DNA from: an uncultured Clostridium sp.
Lineage (GTDB): Bacteria; Bacillota; Clostridia; TANB77; CAG-508
NCBI GenBank assembly: GCA_947244325.1
Contig: CAMXJY010000002.1
Span: forward strand, 26,070 to 90,069
Reading direction: 5' to 3'
DNA: 64,000 nt
Shown here: piece after piece, positions 1-9,046 of the stretch
Layout: each line of letters starts with the position of its first letter
Position numbering within the stretch: position 1 is the stretch's first letter
The notes under the pieces: generated by a model
What the model saw: only the letters and a program-made list of their open reading frames with translations
Databases searched by the model: none
What the model was told of the DNA's origin: nothing
Program-made: the position numbers and the translations under genes

Positions 1-61
1 TCCATTTTCATATTTTATATTTTTTCAAACAACAATAGTATGTAGAAGTTATTGCTTAGTA

Positions 62-1102
62 TTGCCAGCTATTACTTTAATATACTTATTTTATGAAAAA
101 AGATTTGAAAAACCTTTTAGGTTTTTTATAGCACTTATATTTTTTATGAATATAAGTTTGCATACATACTTAGTAGCAGGCTCAATATTTTTAATATACT
201 TATATGATTTTTATAAAAAAAGTAAAAGCTTATCTGAAATAGAAAAAAATAAAAATATAACTTGTACAATTATAACGTTTTTAAGTTTCTTGCTAATTTT
301 AATATTACTTTTTCCCAAAAGTGATGTAGGATTTGGAGGAAATGGTGGGCATTCTTTATTATATATTTTTGGAGAATCAACTATTTCTTCTAATAATAAT
401 CTTTTAGCATTTATACCAATAATAATATTTATATATATGTTAATAAAGTATAATTCATTAGAAGATGGCGTAAAATTAATAATATTATTTATGCCGCTTG
501 TATTGCTACTTATGATGTTACATTGTCAGATGTGGCATATAGCCGTATTGTTTGAAACATTATTTATTGTATTAATAAAATATATAGATAAGAAATTAGT
601 AAAAATATTTATTACAGTTATGCTTTTGATACAAGTTTTGTGGAACATTCAATCAATAAGTTTTGATTATAACAATTTATATTCTCCAGCAAAGGAGATT
701 GCAGATTTTATTAAACAAATTGATGATTATGAAAATAAAAAAATATATGGAATAAATTATATATCAATAGCAATACAAGCCTATTTTGAGAAAAGTGTAT
801 TTGATAATTTTAATACAGATAAAGCAAATTATTGTTGGAGTACAAGTAATGGATATTATACATTACAGGAGATTGAAGAGAATATGCCTGATGTATGTGT
901 TATAGCAATAAATGTACCAAACATATATATAGGAAATCAAGATGCTATTTCAAAATCTGCAAGAGGAGATGCCAAAAAATTAATTGAAAAATTGAAACAG
1001 GAAAATTATATAGAATATAATTTTATCGGAAATCTTTATTTAAAAAATTATATATCAGAACAACATAACTTTTTAGTATATGTAAAACAAGGCATAAATT
1101 AA
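62..1102 (+). CDS. Polytopic membrane protein, possibly a glycosyltransferase-like membrane protein; probably partial, since the reading frame is open back to position 2 of the window
   Basis: Long ORF with many hydrophobic segments and a soluble C-terminal part. No stop codon in frame upstream to the window edge. Function not recognisable. Confidence 0.45.
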   Translation: MPAITLIYLFYEKRFEKPFRFFIALIFFMNISLHTYLVAGSIFLIYLYDFYKKSKSLSEIEKNKNITCTIITFLSFLLILILLFPKSDVGFGGNGGHSLLYIFGESTISSNNNLLAFIPIIIFIYMLIKYNSLEDGVKLIILFMPLVLLLMMLHCQMWHIAVLFETLFIVLIKYIDKKLVKIFITVMLLIQVLWNIQSISFDYNNLYSPAKEIADFIKQIDDYENKKIYGINYISIAIQAYFEKSVFDNFNTDKANYCWSTSNGYYTLQEIEENMPDVCVIAINVPNIYIGNQDAISKSARGDAKKLIEKLKQENYIEYNFIGNLYLKNYISEQHNFLVYVKQGIN

Positions 1103-1223
1103 AAAAAATTCTTGGATTTTTAAAAGCTTAGCTAAATTCATATTAGCTAAGCTTTTGGTAATTATAGAATTTTTAGTATATCCAATATTTGTACATAAAT
1201 TTACTGAAAAAATCTAAGATTTT

Positions 1224-2609
1224 TTATTTTAAAAGCATAGGACCAATTTGAGTAACAGTTCCAGCTCCTAAAGTTATTATAATATCATTTTCATTTACAT
1301 TTTCTTTTAAATAAGAAACTACTTCAGAAAAATCAGGCATATATAAAGCTTCTTTATTATTTTCTTCTAATTTTTTAACTAAATCTTTTGAAGAAATATC
1401 AAATGTATTTTGTTCTCTTGCAGCATATATATCTAAAATAATTAACTTATCAAAATTAGATAACGCTTTAGCAAAATCACCTAAAAGACTTTTGGTTCGA
1501 CTATAAGTATGTGGTTGAAATACTACCCAAGATTTATTATAAGTTTTATTTTTAACAGCATTTGCTGTTGCAGTTATTTCAGTAGGGTGATGAGCATAAT
1601 CGTCAAAAATGGAAACGTTTTCATTAAGTTTTCCCTTGAATTCTAATCTACGTTCAGCACCTGTAAATTCTTTTAAAGAACTTTTTATAGTTTCTTTAGA
1701 GATATTGTAGTAATCACATACACAAATGCAAGCAAGAGCATTTAATATATTATGTTTTCCAGCAACAGAAAGCTCTATAGTAGAATAAAATTCATTATTT
1801 TTATATACATCAAATTTTGCAAAACCATTATTATCAAAAGCAATATTTTTTGCAATAAAATCTGCATCAATATTATCTATTCCATAAGAAATGAATTTTG
1901 ATTTTGTAATATTTTTTAATTCAAAACAATTTTTATCATCTGCATTTGTAACTAATAATCCATCTTCATCTAATATTGATACAAAATCTTTGAAAGTTTT
2001 AACAATATTATCAAAAGTTTTATAGTAATCTAAGTGATCATTATCGATATTTAATATTATTTCTGTTTTAGGAAAGAACTTCAAAAAATTAGCTTTGTAT
2101 TCGCAAGATTCAAGTATAAAGTAATCACTATTACCAACACGATAATTTCCACCTATTGAATCTAATATAGCTCCAACTTCAATTGAAGGGTCTTTTTGTG
2201 CATTAATAAAACATATAGAAAGCATAGATGTAGTAGTAGTCTTTCCATGAGTTCCAGAAACACAGATAGTTTCTTTATAAAGTTTTGTTAGATAGCCAAC
2301 AAATTTACCTCTATCAATTAGAGGAATATTATTTTCTTTTGCAATTACCATTTCAGGATCAGAATCACTAATTGCAGCAGAATATATTATTAAATCACTG
2401 TTTTTGGCATTTTCTAAATCATGACCAATAACAGTTTTTATACCATGCATATTTAATTTATCTGTTAGTTCACTTTGTGATAAATCAGAACCAGTAACAG
2501 TATAATTCCAATTATGTAATGTTTCTGCAATAGCACTCATACTAATTCCACCAATACCAATAAGGTGTATATGTTTATATTGTTTTAAATCATTTATTTC
2601 AAAATCCAT
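1224..2609 (-). CDS. murC: UDP-N-acetylmuramate--L-alanine ligase
   Basis: N-terminal HIHLIGIGGISMSAIAE Mur ligase motif and the ATP-binding GTHGKTTTTSM loop. Length of 461 aa is typical for MurC. Confidence 0.9.
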   Translation of the reverse strand: MDFEINDLKQYKHIHLIGIGGISMSAIAETLHNWNYTVTGSDLSQSELTDKLNMHGIKTVIGHDLENAKNSDLIIYSAAISDSDPEMVIAKENNIPLIDRGKFVGYLTKLYKETICVSGTHGKTTTTSMLSICFINAQKDPSIEVGAILDSIGGNYRVGNSDYFILESCEYKANFLKFFPKTEIILNIDNDHLDYYKTFDNIVKTFKDFVSILDEDGLLVTNADDKNCFELKNITKSKFISYGIDNIDADFIAKNIAFDNNGFAKFDVYKNNEFYSTIELSVAGKHNILNALACICVCDYYNISKETIKSSLKEFTGAERRLEFKGKLNENVSIFDDYAHHPTEITATANAVKNKTYNKSWVVFQPHTYSRTKSLLGDFAKALSNFDKLIILDIYAAREQNTFDISSKDLVKKLEENNKEALYMPDFSEVVSYLKENVNENDIIITLGAGTVTQIGPMLLK

Positions 2610-2897
2610 TTTTTAGCCTCCTAAAATATAAAATCATTATACTATTATAAAGCAATAATTTCAATAAAATTAAAGAATTTTTAAGTTTTAAAATTCTACA
2701 AAAAAATATATATATTTTGTATATAAATTAAAAGTTAGGGATAAAATAGAGTAATATAGAAGTTTAAAAGATGAAAATAAAATTTTTTAAAAAAATGTAT
2801 AAAAAAAGAAGGAAAAAAAGTTTTTTTGTAGAATAATAAAATTAGTACATAGAATTTTTAATATGTATTAAAACGAGAAGAAAGAGGTGCTTAAAAA

Positions 2898-3179
2898 ATG
2901 CAAATAACAGATGTACGTTTAAGAAAAGTAAATTTAGAAAACAGAATGAAGGCAGTTGCTTCAGTAACATTTGATGGAGAATTCGTAATTCACGATATCA
3001 AAGTTATCGAAAGCCAAAATGGATTATTTATTGCTATGCCTAGTAAAAAAACTCCAAACGGAGAATTTAAAGATATAGCTCATCCAATCAATGCTGAAAC
3101 AAGAGAGAAAATTCAAAAAGCTATATTAGAAGCTTATGAAGCTCCAGATGCAGAAACTGCAGAAGAATCAGCAGAATAA
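2898..3179 (+). CDS. spoVG: Septation protein SpoVG
   Basis: [11 protein letters not shown]...[10 protein letters not shown]...[24 protein letters not shown] is the canonical SpoVG sequence. The 93-aa length fits. Confidence 0.9.
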   Translation: MQITDVRLRKVNLENRMKAVASVTFDGEFVIHDIKVIESQNGLFIAMPSKKTPNGEFKDIAHPINAETREKIQKAILEAYEAPDAETAEESAE

Positions 3180-3192
3180 TTTTGTTAGATTG

Positions 3193-3224
3193 AAAAAGCG
3201 TTACTTTTAGTAACGCTTTTTTTG
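3193..3224 (+). terminator. Rho-independent terminator after spoVG
   Basis: aaagcgttac-tttta-gtaacgcttt hairpin followed by a T-run. Confidence 0.6.
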
Positions 3225-3303
3225 TACAAGCTAAAAAATATATAAATTTTTGTTGTTATTTTTTCATATTTTATATATAATAATGAAAAGTGAGGTAAAA
3301 AAT

Positions 3304-5184
3304 ATGAAAAATAATGGAATTGAAGATATAATCATAGATGCAAACTACAATTCTAATAGAAAAAAAAGCAAAAAAGGAATTGTAATATTTTTTATACTAT
3401 TATTAATTTTAGCAATAGGTGCTATTTATTTTTATTTTTTCCAATATAAGGCAACATCAAAAGAATTATTTTTCACAAATTTATCAAATCTAGATATGAA
3501 AAATATTTTAGATAATAGTATATATGAACAGATGTCAAACCGAGTATTAACAGAAGATACAGAGATGACTACAAAAATAAATTTTTCAAGTAATGTAGAA
3601 AATGGAAATTTAGAAGAAATAGATATTAGTAAATTTTTATTAGAGTTAACAAATAGAAATAATATAGAAACTTCAAAATCTTATAGTGAATTAAAAGTTA
3701 GTTATTCTGAAAATGAAATATTTAAAGCAAAAGTGTTATCAAATGAAGAAAGTATAGCAGCTTTTGCTGATGAAATTTCAAGCAAATATGTTGGAATAAA
3801 ATATGATTCAATAAAAGATATTTTTGGAGTTAATGTTAATTCAGATGTTATAAAAGCTTTAAGAAATTCTAACAAAATATCATTAACAGATGAGCAAAAA
3901 AAAGAATATGCAAATAAATACTTGATGTTAATACAAAATAGTATAATTGATGATAAGTTTGAAACTCAAGAAAATATTATACTTCAAAAAGACTCAAGTT
4001 CTTCAAGTGCTACAGCATATACTTTAACATTAACACAAGATGAATTTAAAAATATAATTGTCAATTTATTAACTAATTTAAGAAAAGATGAAGTTTTGTT
4101 AAATGAACTTATAACAAAAGAAGAAAGTCATATATCAGAGGAATATAGAATTTATGAAGGTATAGCACGAATATTTTTAGGAAATAAAATAAATGCAAAT
4201 ATAAAAGATTTACAAAAATCGATAGATACTACAATTAGTAATATAAAAAAATGGTCAGGAAATGGAATAGTTATCAAACTATATGTAACAGATGTAGGAA
4301 TTGAGAAAATTAATATCATTTTACCAAATGAAAATACTTTAGATTTTGAGTTTACAAAAAAATCAGAAGAACAAAATGTTTTAAAAATAACATATTTATA
4401 TAAAGGCTCTAATTCAGGATTAGAATTTTTGAAAAAAGATAAAGTAAAAATATATTCAGCAGAAGATGGAATAGAAGAAATAGAAGAATTAGAAGATGAA
4501 ACAAATATAGAAGAAATCGATGATTCTAAGATAAATGGTTTCTCTCTTGAAATTGATAAAACAAAAAAAGAAGCAAATACAAGTATAAAGGCAATATATA
4601 GTTTTATAGAAAATGAAATAATAAATAAAAAGATAAATATAAATATAAGAACTGATGGAACACAAAATTCTAAAACAATGAAAAATAGTATTGTTATTTC
4701 TCAAGGGTCAAATGATGGTAAAAATGGGCAAATGACTATTGATAATATAATTAAATTTTCAAAAGTAGAAAATATCGAAGATTTAACAGAAGAAAATTGT
4801 ACATTTTTAGATAATTTAAGTGAAGAAGAAGCGAGTATGGCAATAGAAGATATTAAGAATCGATTTGAAGAATTATATAATGAGAAAAAATCAAACTTAA
4901 ATCTTATTGATATTAATAATAAGAGCTATATTGTTAGAGAAGAATTAGATAATGTATCTTCAAATATTACTAAAGATGAAGCAAGAAAAGCTTTAGAAGA
5001 AAAAATTATAGGAATGATGCAAGAGGCAGAAAATAATAACCAAGAATTTACATTACAGAATTTAGCTGATTTACAAATTGAAGGACTTGAAGTTTCGTCA
5101 AATGTAAATGAAACTACAGCTATAATTGTAGTTGATATTTATACATTTAATATAGATTCTAATTTTAATTTAACAGATGCTTAA
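3304..5184 (+). CDS. Hypothetical N-terminally membrane-anchored (extracytoplasmic) protein, about 627 aa
   Basis: SD-like AGTGAGGT upstream of the ATG at 3304. A single N-terminal TM segment is followed by a long polar, Lys/Glu/Asn-rich region. No recognisable domain. Confidence 0.6.
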   Translation: MKNNGIEDIIIDANYNSNRKKSKKGIVIFFILLLILAIGAIYFYFFQYKATSKELFFTNLSNLDMKNILDNSIYEQMSNRVLTEDTEMTTKINFSSNVENGNLEEIDISKFLLELTNRNNIETSKSYSELKVSYSENEIFKAKVLSNEESIAAFADEISSKYVGIKYDSIKDIFGVNVNSDVIKALRNSNKISLTDEQKKEYANKYLMLIQNSIIDDKFETQENIILQKDSSSSSATAYTLTLTQDEFKNIIVNLLTNLRKDEVLLNELITKEESHISEEYRIYEGIARIFLGNKINANIKDLQKSIDTTISNIKKWSGNGIVIKLYVTDVGIEKINIILPNENTLDFEFTKKSEEQNVLKITYLYKGSNSGLEFLKKDKVKIYSAEDGIEEIEELEDETNIEEIDDSKINGFSLEIDKTKKEANTSIKAIYSFIENEIINKKININIRTDGTQNSKTMKNSIVISQGSNDGKNGQMTIDNIIKFSKVENIEDLTEENCTFLDNLSEEEASMAIEDIKNRFEELYNEKKSNLNLIDINNKSYIVREELDNVSSNITKDEARKALEEKIIGMMQEAENNNQEFTLQNLADLQIEGLEVSSNVNETTAIIVVDIYTFNIDSNFNLTDA

Positions 5185-5208
5185 AAATCTAAAAATAGGA
5201 GAAGTAAT

Positions 5209-6195
5209 ATGGGAAGTAAAAAAGGAAAAATGAAATTAAATTTAAGACGTGTAATAGTTTTAATAGTCTTACTAATATTAATTTTATTAATTGTTTTTGG
5301 AGTAAGTAAATTGTTTTCAAGTATTTTTGCAGAAGAAAAAGTAGTTGGAAATAATTCAAAAGTAAATATGGGACTAGCTATAAAAGGAAAAGATGCAACT
5401 TACTATAATAAATATGAAAAAGGAATTGTTAAAGTTAAAGGTAAAGAAGAATTCCAAATAACAGAAGAAACAGCATATTCAATGACTCTTATTGATGATA
5501 CAATTTATTATATTACACTATCAAGTACAAATACTGTAGATTTAAAAAAAGTAAAAACAAATGGTGATGGATTATCATTAATAAAAACTATATCAACATC
5601 AATTAGTAAATTTTATATAGAAGATAATTTTTTATATTACGCAAATGATAAAGATATAGCTGGTATAGCAAAAATTTCTCTTGAAACAGGAGAAGAAACT
5701 ATGATTACAGCATCTAATGTTAGAGATTTTGTTTTAGATGGTGATATAGTTTATTTTACTGATAATGTAGGATATCTACATTCTGTAAAAACAAATGGAA
5801 AAGATAAAAAAGAAATATCGTCAGAATATAATATTGCTAATATTCAAATATTGAAAAAATGGATATATTTTTATGATGAAAAAGAAAATGCACTATGTAA
5901 AATGAAAAAAGACGGATCTTCTAAAAAAACAGTTGCAACATTTGTAAATAATGAAATGTATAATGTAACAAGTAAAAAAATATATTATTTTGATGAAGTA
6001 AATAAACAAATTTGTAGCTGTGATTTAAAAGGAAAGAAATCAAAGCCAATAGTAACACTAGAAGCAACTAGAACAAAAATAAATATAGTAAATAATGTTA
6101 TGTACTATTTAGATGATAGTAAAATTGATTCTCAAATATATCAAATGTATAGAGTAAAAACAAATGGTGGTCAAGCAAATTCTATAAATTATTAA
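5209..6195 (+). CDS. Membrane-anchored protein with repeated KTNG(D/K/G) beta-propeller-like repeats, DUF5050-like
   Basis: RBS aggagaagt precedes the start. N-terminal TM. Four to five repeats of the form Y(Y/F)xD...(V)KTNGxxxxxI. The DUF5050 assignment is from memory of the family signature. Confidence 0.55.
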   Translation: MGSKKGKMKLNLRRVIVLIVLLILILLIVFGVSKLFSSIFAEEKVVGNNSKVNMGLAIKGKDATYYNKYEKGIVKVKGKEEFQITEETAYSMTLIDDTIYYITLSSTNTVDLKKVKTNGDGLSLIKTISTSISKFYIEDNFLYYANDKDIAGIAKISLETGEETMITASNVRDFVLDGDIVYFTDNVGYLHSVKTNGKDKKEISSEYNIANIQILKKWIYFYDEKENALCKMKKDGSSKKTVATFVNNEMYNVTSKKIYYFDEVNKQICSCDLKGKKSKPIVTLEATRTKINIVNNVMYYLDDSKIDSQIYQMYRVKTNGGQANSINY

Positions 6196-6226
6196 TTATT
6201 AATTTTAATATTATTATAAAAAAATA

Positions 6227-6260
6227 TTGACAATTAACTAAGCTCAATATATAAATATAA
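6227..6260 (+). promoter_or_regulatory. Sigma-A-like promoter (TTGACA, 17-nt spacer, TATAAA) for a small-ORF operon
   Basis: TTGACA at 6227-6232, a 17-nt spacer, then TATAAA, about 20 nt upstream of the RBS of the ORF at 6281. Confidence 0.45.
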
Positions 6261-6280
6261 TATAAACTTTAGGAGGGTTC

Positions 6281-6424
6281 TATGAAATTAGGAACTGTTG
6301 TATATGAAAATAAAATATATAACTTAGACTATATGACAGCAGAGGAAATGAAAGAGCTTCTAAAAACAATTGAGAGTACAAAAAAAGAAAGCTTGATTGA
6401 AGCAAAGAAGATGTTGAAAAAATA
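6281..6424 (+). CDS. Small hypothetical protein, 47 aa (MKLGTVVYENKIYNLDYMTAEEMKELLKTIESTKKESLIEAKKMLKK)
   Basis: Strong RBS (taggagggttct) 8 nt upstream of the ATG. It was missed by the ORF track because it is shorter than 60 aa. It is immediately followed by the RBS of the next gene. Confidence 0.4.
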
Positions 6425-6445
6425 GTAGTTTAGGAGGAAGTTTTT

Positions 6446-7333
6446 TTGGAAGAGGAATTAACAAAAAAGCAAGTTTGCACAAATTTAAAAAAGTTATATG
6501 ATGAATCTCAAAATAAAGTAGAAACTGAAGCTATGGTCAGAAGAGCATATACAGATAGAATATCAACAGACACAATAAATGAAAAAGTGACTGCTCAAAT
6601 GAATGCAATAAAAACTGGAATCTATGAGATTAATCCTAAATTTAAAGAAGGCTCAAAAAATTATGATACAACAAAAAAATTAGTTTCTGAAACTTTAGCA
6701 AATTATGAAAAAACTTTAATTGAACTAAGTGAATTTTATGATGGAAAAATAGAGCAACTAATATTAAGAAAAGTAGAATTAGAAGCAAGTTTAGTTGGCT
6801 CAATTTTAAATGAAGAATACTTAAGTGAAAAAGTTATTAGAAAAAATGAGCAAAAAGATAATGATAAGGTAAAAAAATCTGTTACAGATAATATAAAATC
6901 AGCAATAGAAAAAATTACAAATAGAAAAAAAGCTAAAAATGAAATTGATTTTAATGATATTTCAAAATTAATGGATGGTCAAGATGTAGTAAGTGAAATA
7001 GATACAAAATTAAACAAAAGAATTGAAAAAACCGTTGAAGATAAGAAAATTAATAAAGAGTTTTTAGCTAAGGTTGAAAAAGAAATAGCACTAATTGATG
7101 ACGAAATAGATAAAATAAATGAGAGAAAAAAACAATCTATATATGATGCAATGGAAGTCGGAGATAAAGCTATTGCTACAAATATTCGTAAACCTAGAAT
7201 GTTCAAAAAGATTACAAGATTTTTTGTTAGTAGATTTAATACAGCTAAAATTGTTGAATCAACTATAATTGAACCATTAAACTTAAGAATTGAAGGATTC
7301 AAGAATAATGAATTAATAAACATGAAGGGATAA
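6446..7333 (+). CDS. Hypothetical coiled-coil protein, 295 aa, with a TTG start
   Basis: ORF with RBS taggaggaag and a TTG start. Lys/Glu-rich with predicted coiled coil. No domain recognised. Confidence 0.55.
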   Translation: MEEELTKKQVCTNLKKLYDESQNKVETEAMVRRAYTDRISTDTINEKVTAQMNAIKTGIYEINPKFKEGSKNYDTTKKLVSETLANYEKTLIELSEFYDGKIEQLILRKVELEASLVGSILNEEYLSEKVIRKNEQKDNDKVKKSVTDNIKSAIEKITNRKKAKNEIDFNDISKLMDGQDVVSEIDTKLNKRIEKTVEDKKINKEFLAKVEKEIALIDDEIDKINERKKQSIYDAMEVGDKAIATNIRKPRMFKKITRFFVSRFNTAKIVESTIIEPLNLRIEGFKNNELINMKG

Positions 7334-7339
7334 AATGAA

Positions 7340-7510
7340 ATGGATACAAGTTTTTTAGGTAAAGTTAAATCACATTGGAATAAAGGATGGAATCAAAATC
7401 CAAGTTTTGAAAAAGCTAAAAATTACATAAATGCTATGGCTAAAGGAGAAAATGAGCAAGAAGTAAGTAAGAATAAAGAAACAAGAGAAGTTGAGGAGTT
7501 ATTAATTTAG
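7340..7510 (+). CDS. Small hypothetical protein, 56 aa
   Basis: Short ORF directly following the coiled-coil gene. The RBS is weak. Coding status is uncertain. Confidence 0.2.
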   Translation: MDTSFLGKVKSHWNKGWNQNPSFEKAKNYINAMAKGENEQEVSKNKETREVEELLI

Positions 7511-7565
7511 TGAAGCTTTCATATAATAAAAAGTGCGGAGGACTTTCTATTATATAATTTAACTC

Positions 7566-7870
7566 TTGCAATTTAATAAAATGTGTGTTATATTATTAAC
7601 ATAATATTTAAAACCGTTTGAAAAAGCAAAGTAAATAAATAGAAAAACACTTTAAAGAGAAAACAAATGTAACGCTGAGAGTTTGTTTAAGTGGTATTTA
7701 TTGAAATTTCACTTTTGAGGTTCTTATAATGAAGCTTAGTAGTTATAAGCGTTTGTTACGTTATAACAATTAATGAGATTAATTTTAAGAATACTTTAAA
7801 TTAATGAAATTAGGTGGTAACACGATTTATATTCGTCCTATGAAAGTAGGGCGATTTTTATTTATATTCT
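7566..7870 (+). promoter_or_regulatory. Promoter plus T-box riboswitch leader (Phe-specific) controlling pheS-pheT
   Basis: -35 ttgcaa and -10 tatatt lie at 7566-7594. The conserved T-box sequence aattaggtggtaacacg is at about 7806-7824. A terminator hairpin tcgtcctat-gaaa-gtagggcga with a T-run follows at about 7834-7870. The position upstream of pheS is canonical. Confidence 0.8.
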
Positions 7871-7994
7871 AGTAAAATTATCATAGTATGATAATTTTAT
7901 GTAGAAGATAATTATGTCGAATCATAGATTTTCTTAAAATTTGCATTTGTTAGAAAATCTTAGATTCGACTTTATATATTTTAGGAGGATAAAT

Positions 7995-9044
7995 ATGAAA
8001 GAGAAAATTGATGAAATTCAAAAAATGGCAAAAGAAAAGATTTCAGAAATTCAAAACTTACAAGAATTACAAGACTTAAAAGTAAAATTACTTGGTAAGA
8101 AAAGTGAATTATCTAATCTTTTAAAAAGTTTAGGAAGCTTAACAGCAGAAGAAAGACCAAAAGTAGGAAGTCTAGTAAATGAAGTTAGAAATGAAATTGA
8201 ACAAAAATTAAATGAAGCAGAAAAGAGCTTAAAAGAAAAAGCATTATCACAAAAATTAGAAAAAGAAAAAATTGATATAACTGCTCCAAGTGTAAAAATA
8301 AAAAGAGGAAGTAAACATCCTATAAACAGAGTAATTGAAGAAATACAAGATTTATTTGTTTCAATGGGATATGATGTAATTCAAGGTCCAGAACTTGAAA
8401 CTGATGAATTCTGTTTTGAAAGATTAAATCTTCCTCAAGGTCACCCAGCAAGAGATATGCAAGATAGCTTTTATATAACAAATGAATACTTATTAAGAAC
8501 TCAAACATCAGCTGTTCAAGCAAGAGCAATGCTTGCAAACGAAGAAAAATCACCAATTAGAATGATATGTACAGGAAAAACTTATAGAAGAGAAGATGAT
8601 GCAACACATTCACATCAATTTAATCAAGTTGAAGGATTAGTTATAGACAAAAAAGAATTAAATGTTTCACTTGCTGATTTAAAAGGGACTTTAGAAGTTT
8701 TTGTTAAAAAGATGATAGGACAGAACACTGAATTAAGGTTTAGACCAAGTTATTTTCCATTTACAGAGCCATCATATGAAGTTGATGTTACATGTTTTAA
8801 ATGTGGTGGAAAAGGATGTCCACTTTGTAAAAAAACTGGTTGGATAGAACTTCTTGGTTCTGGTATGGTTCATCCAAATGTTTTAAGAATGAATGGATAT
8901 GATCCAGACAAATATTCAGGATTTGCATTCGGTACTGGAATTGATAGATTAGCAATGTTTAAATATGGAATTACTGATATGAGATATTTATATACAAATG
9001 ATGTAAGATTTTTAAGTCAATTTGATAGAAAGGATGAAGAATAA
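7995..9044 (+). CDS. pheS: Phenylalanine--tRNA ligase alpha subunit
   Basis: RBS ttaggagga then ATG at 7995. Class II aaRS motifs are present ([35 protein letters not shown]). Confidence 0.92.
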   Translation: MKEKIDEIQKMAKEKISEIQNLQELQDLKVKLLGKKSELSNLLKSLGSLTAEERPKVGSLVNEVRNEIEQKLNEAEKSLKEKALSQKLEKEKIDITAPSVKIKRGSKHPINRVIEEIQDLFVSMGYDVIQGPELETDEFCFERLNLPQGHPARDMQDSFYITNEYLLRTQTSAVQARAMLANEEKSPIRMICTGKTYRREDDATHSHQFNQVEGLVIDKKELNVSLADLKGTLEVFVKKMIGQNTELRFRPSYFPFTEPSYEVDVTCFKCGGKGCPLCKKTGWIELLGSGMVHPNVLRMNGYDPDKYSGFAFGTGIDRLAMFKYGITDMRYLYTNDVRFLSQFDRKDEE

Positions 9045-9046
9045 AA

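Noticed and set aside
4489-4704. Numerous 60-150-aa antisense ORFs listed in the track, for example 4489-4704, 6979-7323, 8320-8556, 12273-12572, 21836-22237 and 25694-26146
   Set aside because: All lie opposite well-supported genes. They are Ile/Leu/Phe/Tyr-rich as expected for reverse complements of AT-rich codons, and they lack ribosome-binding sites.
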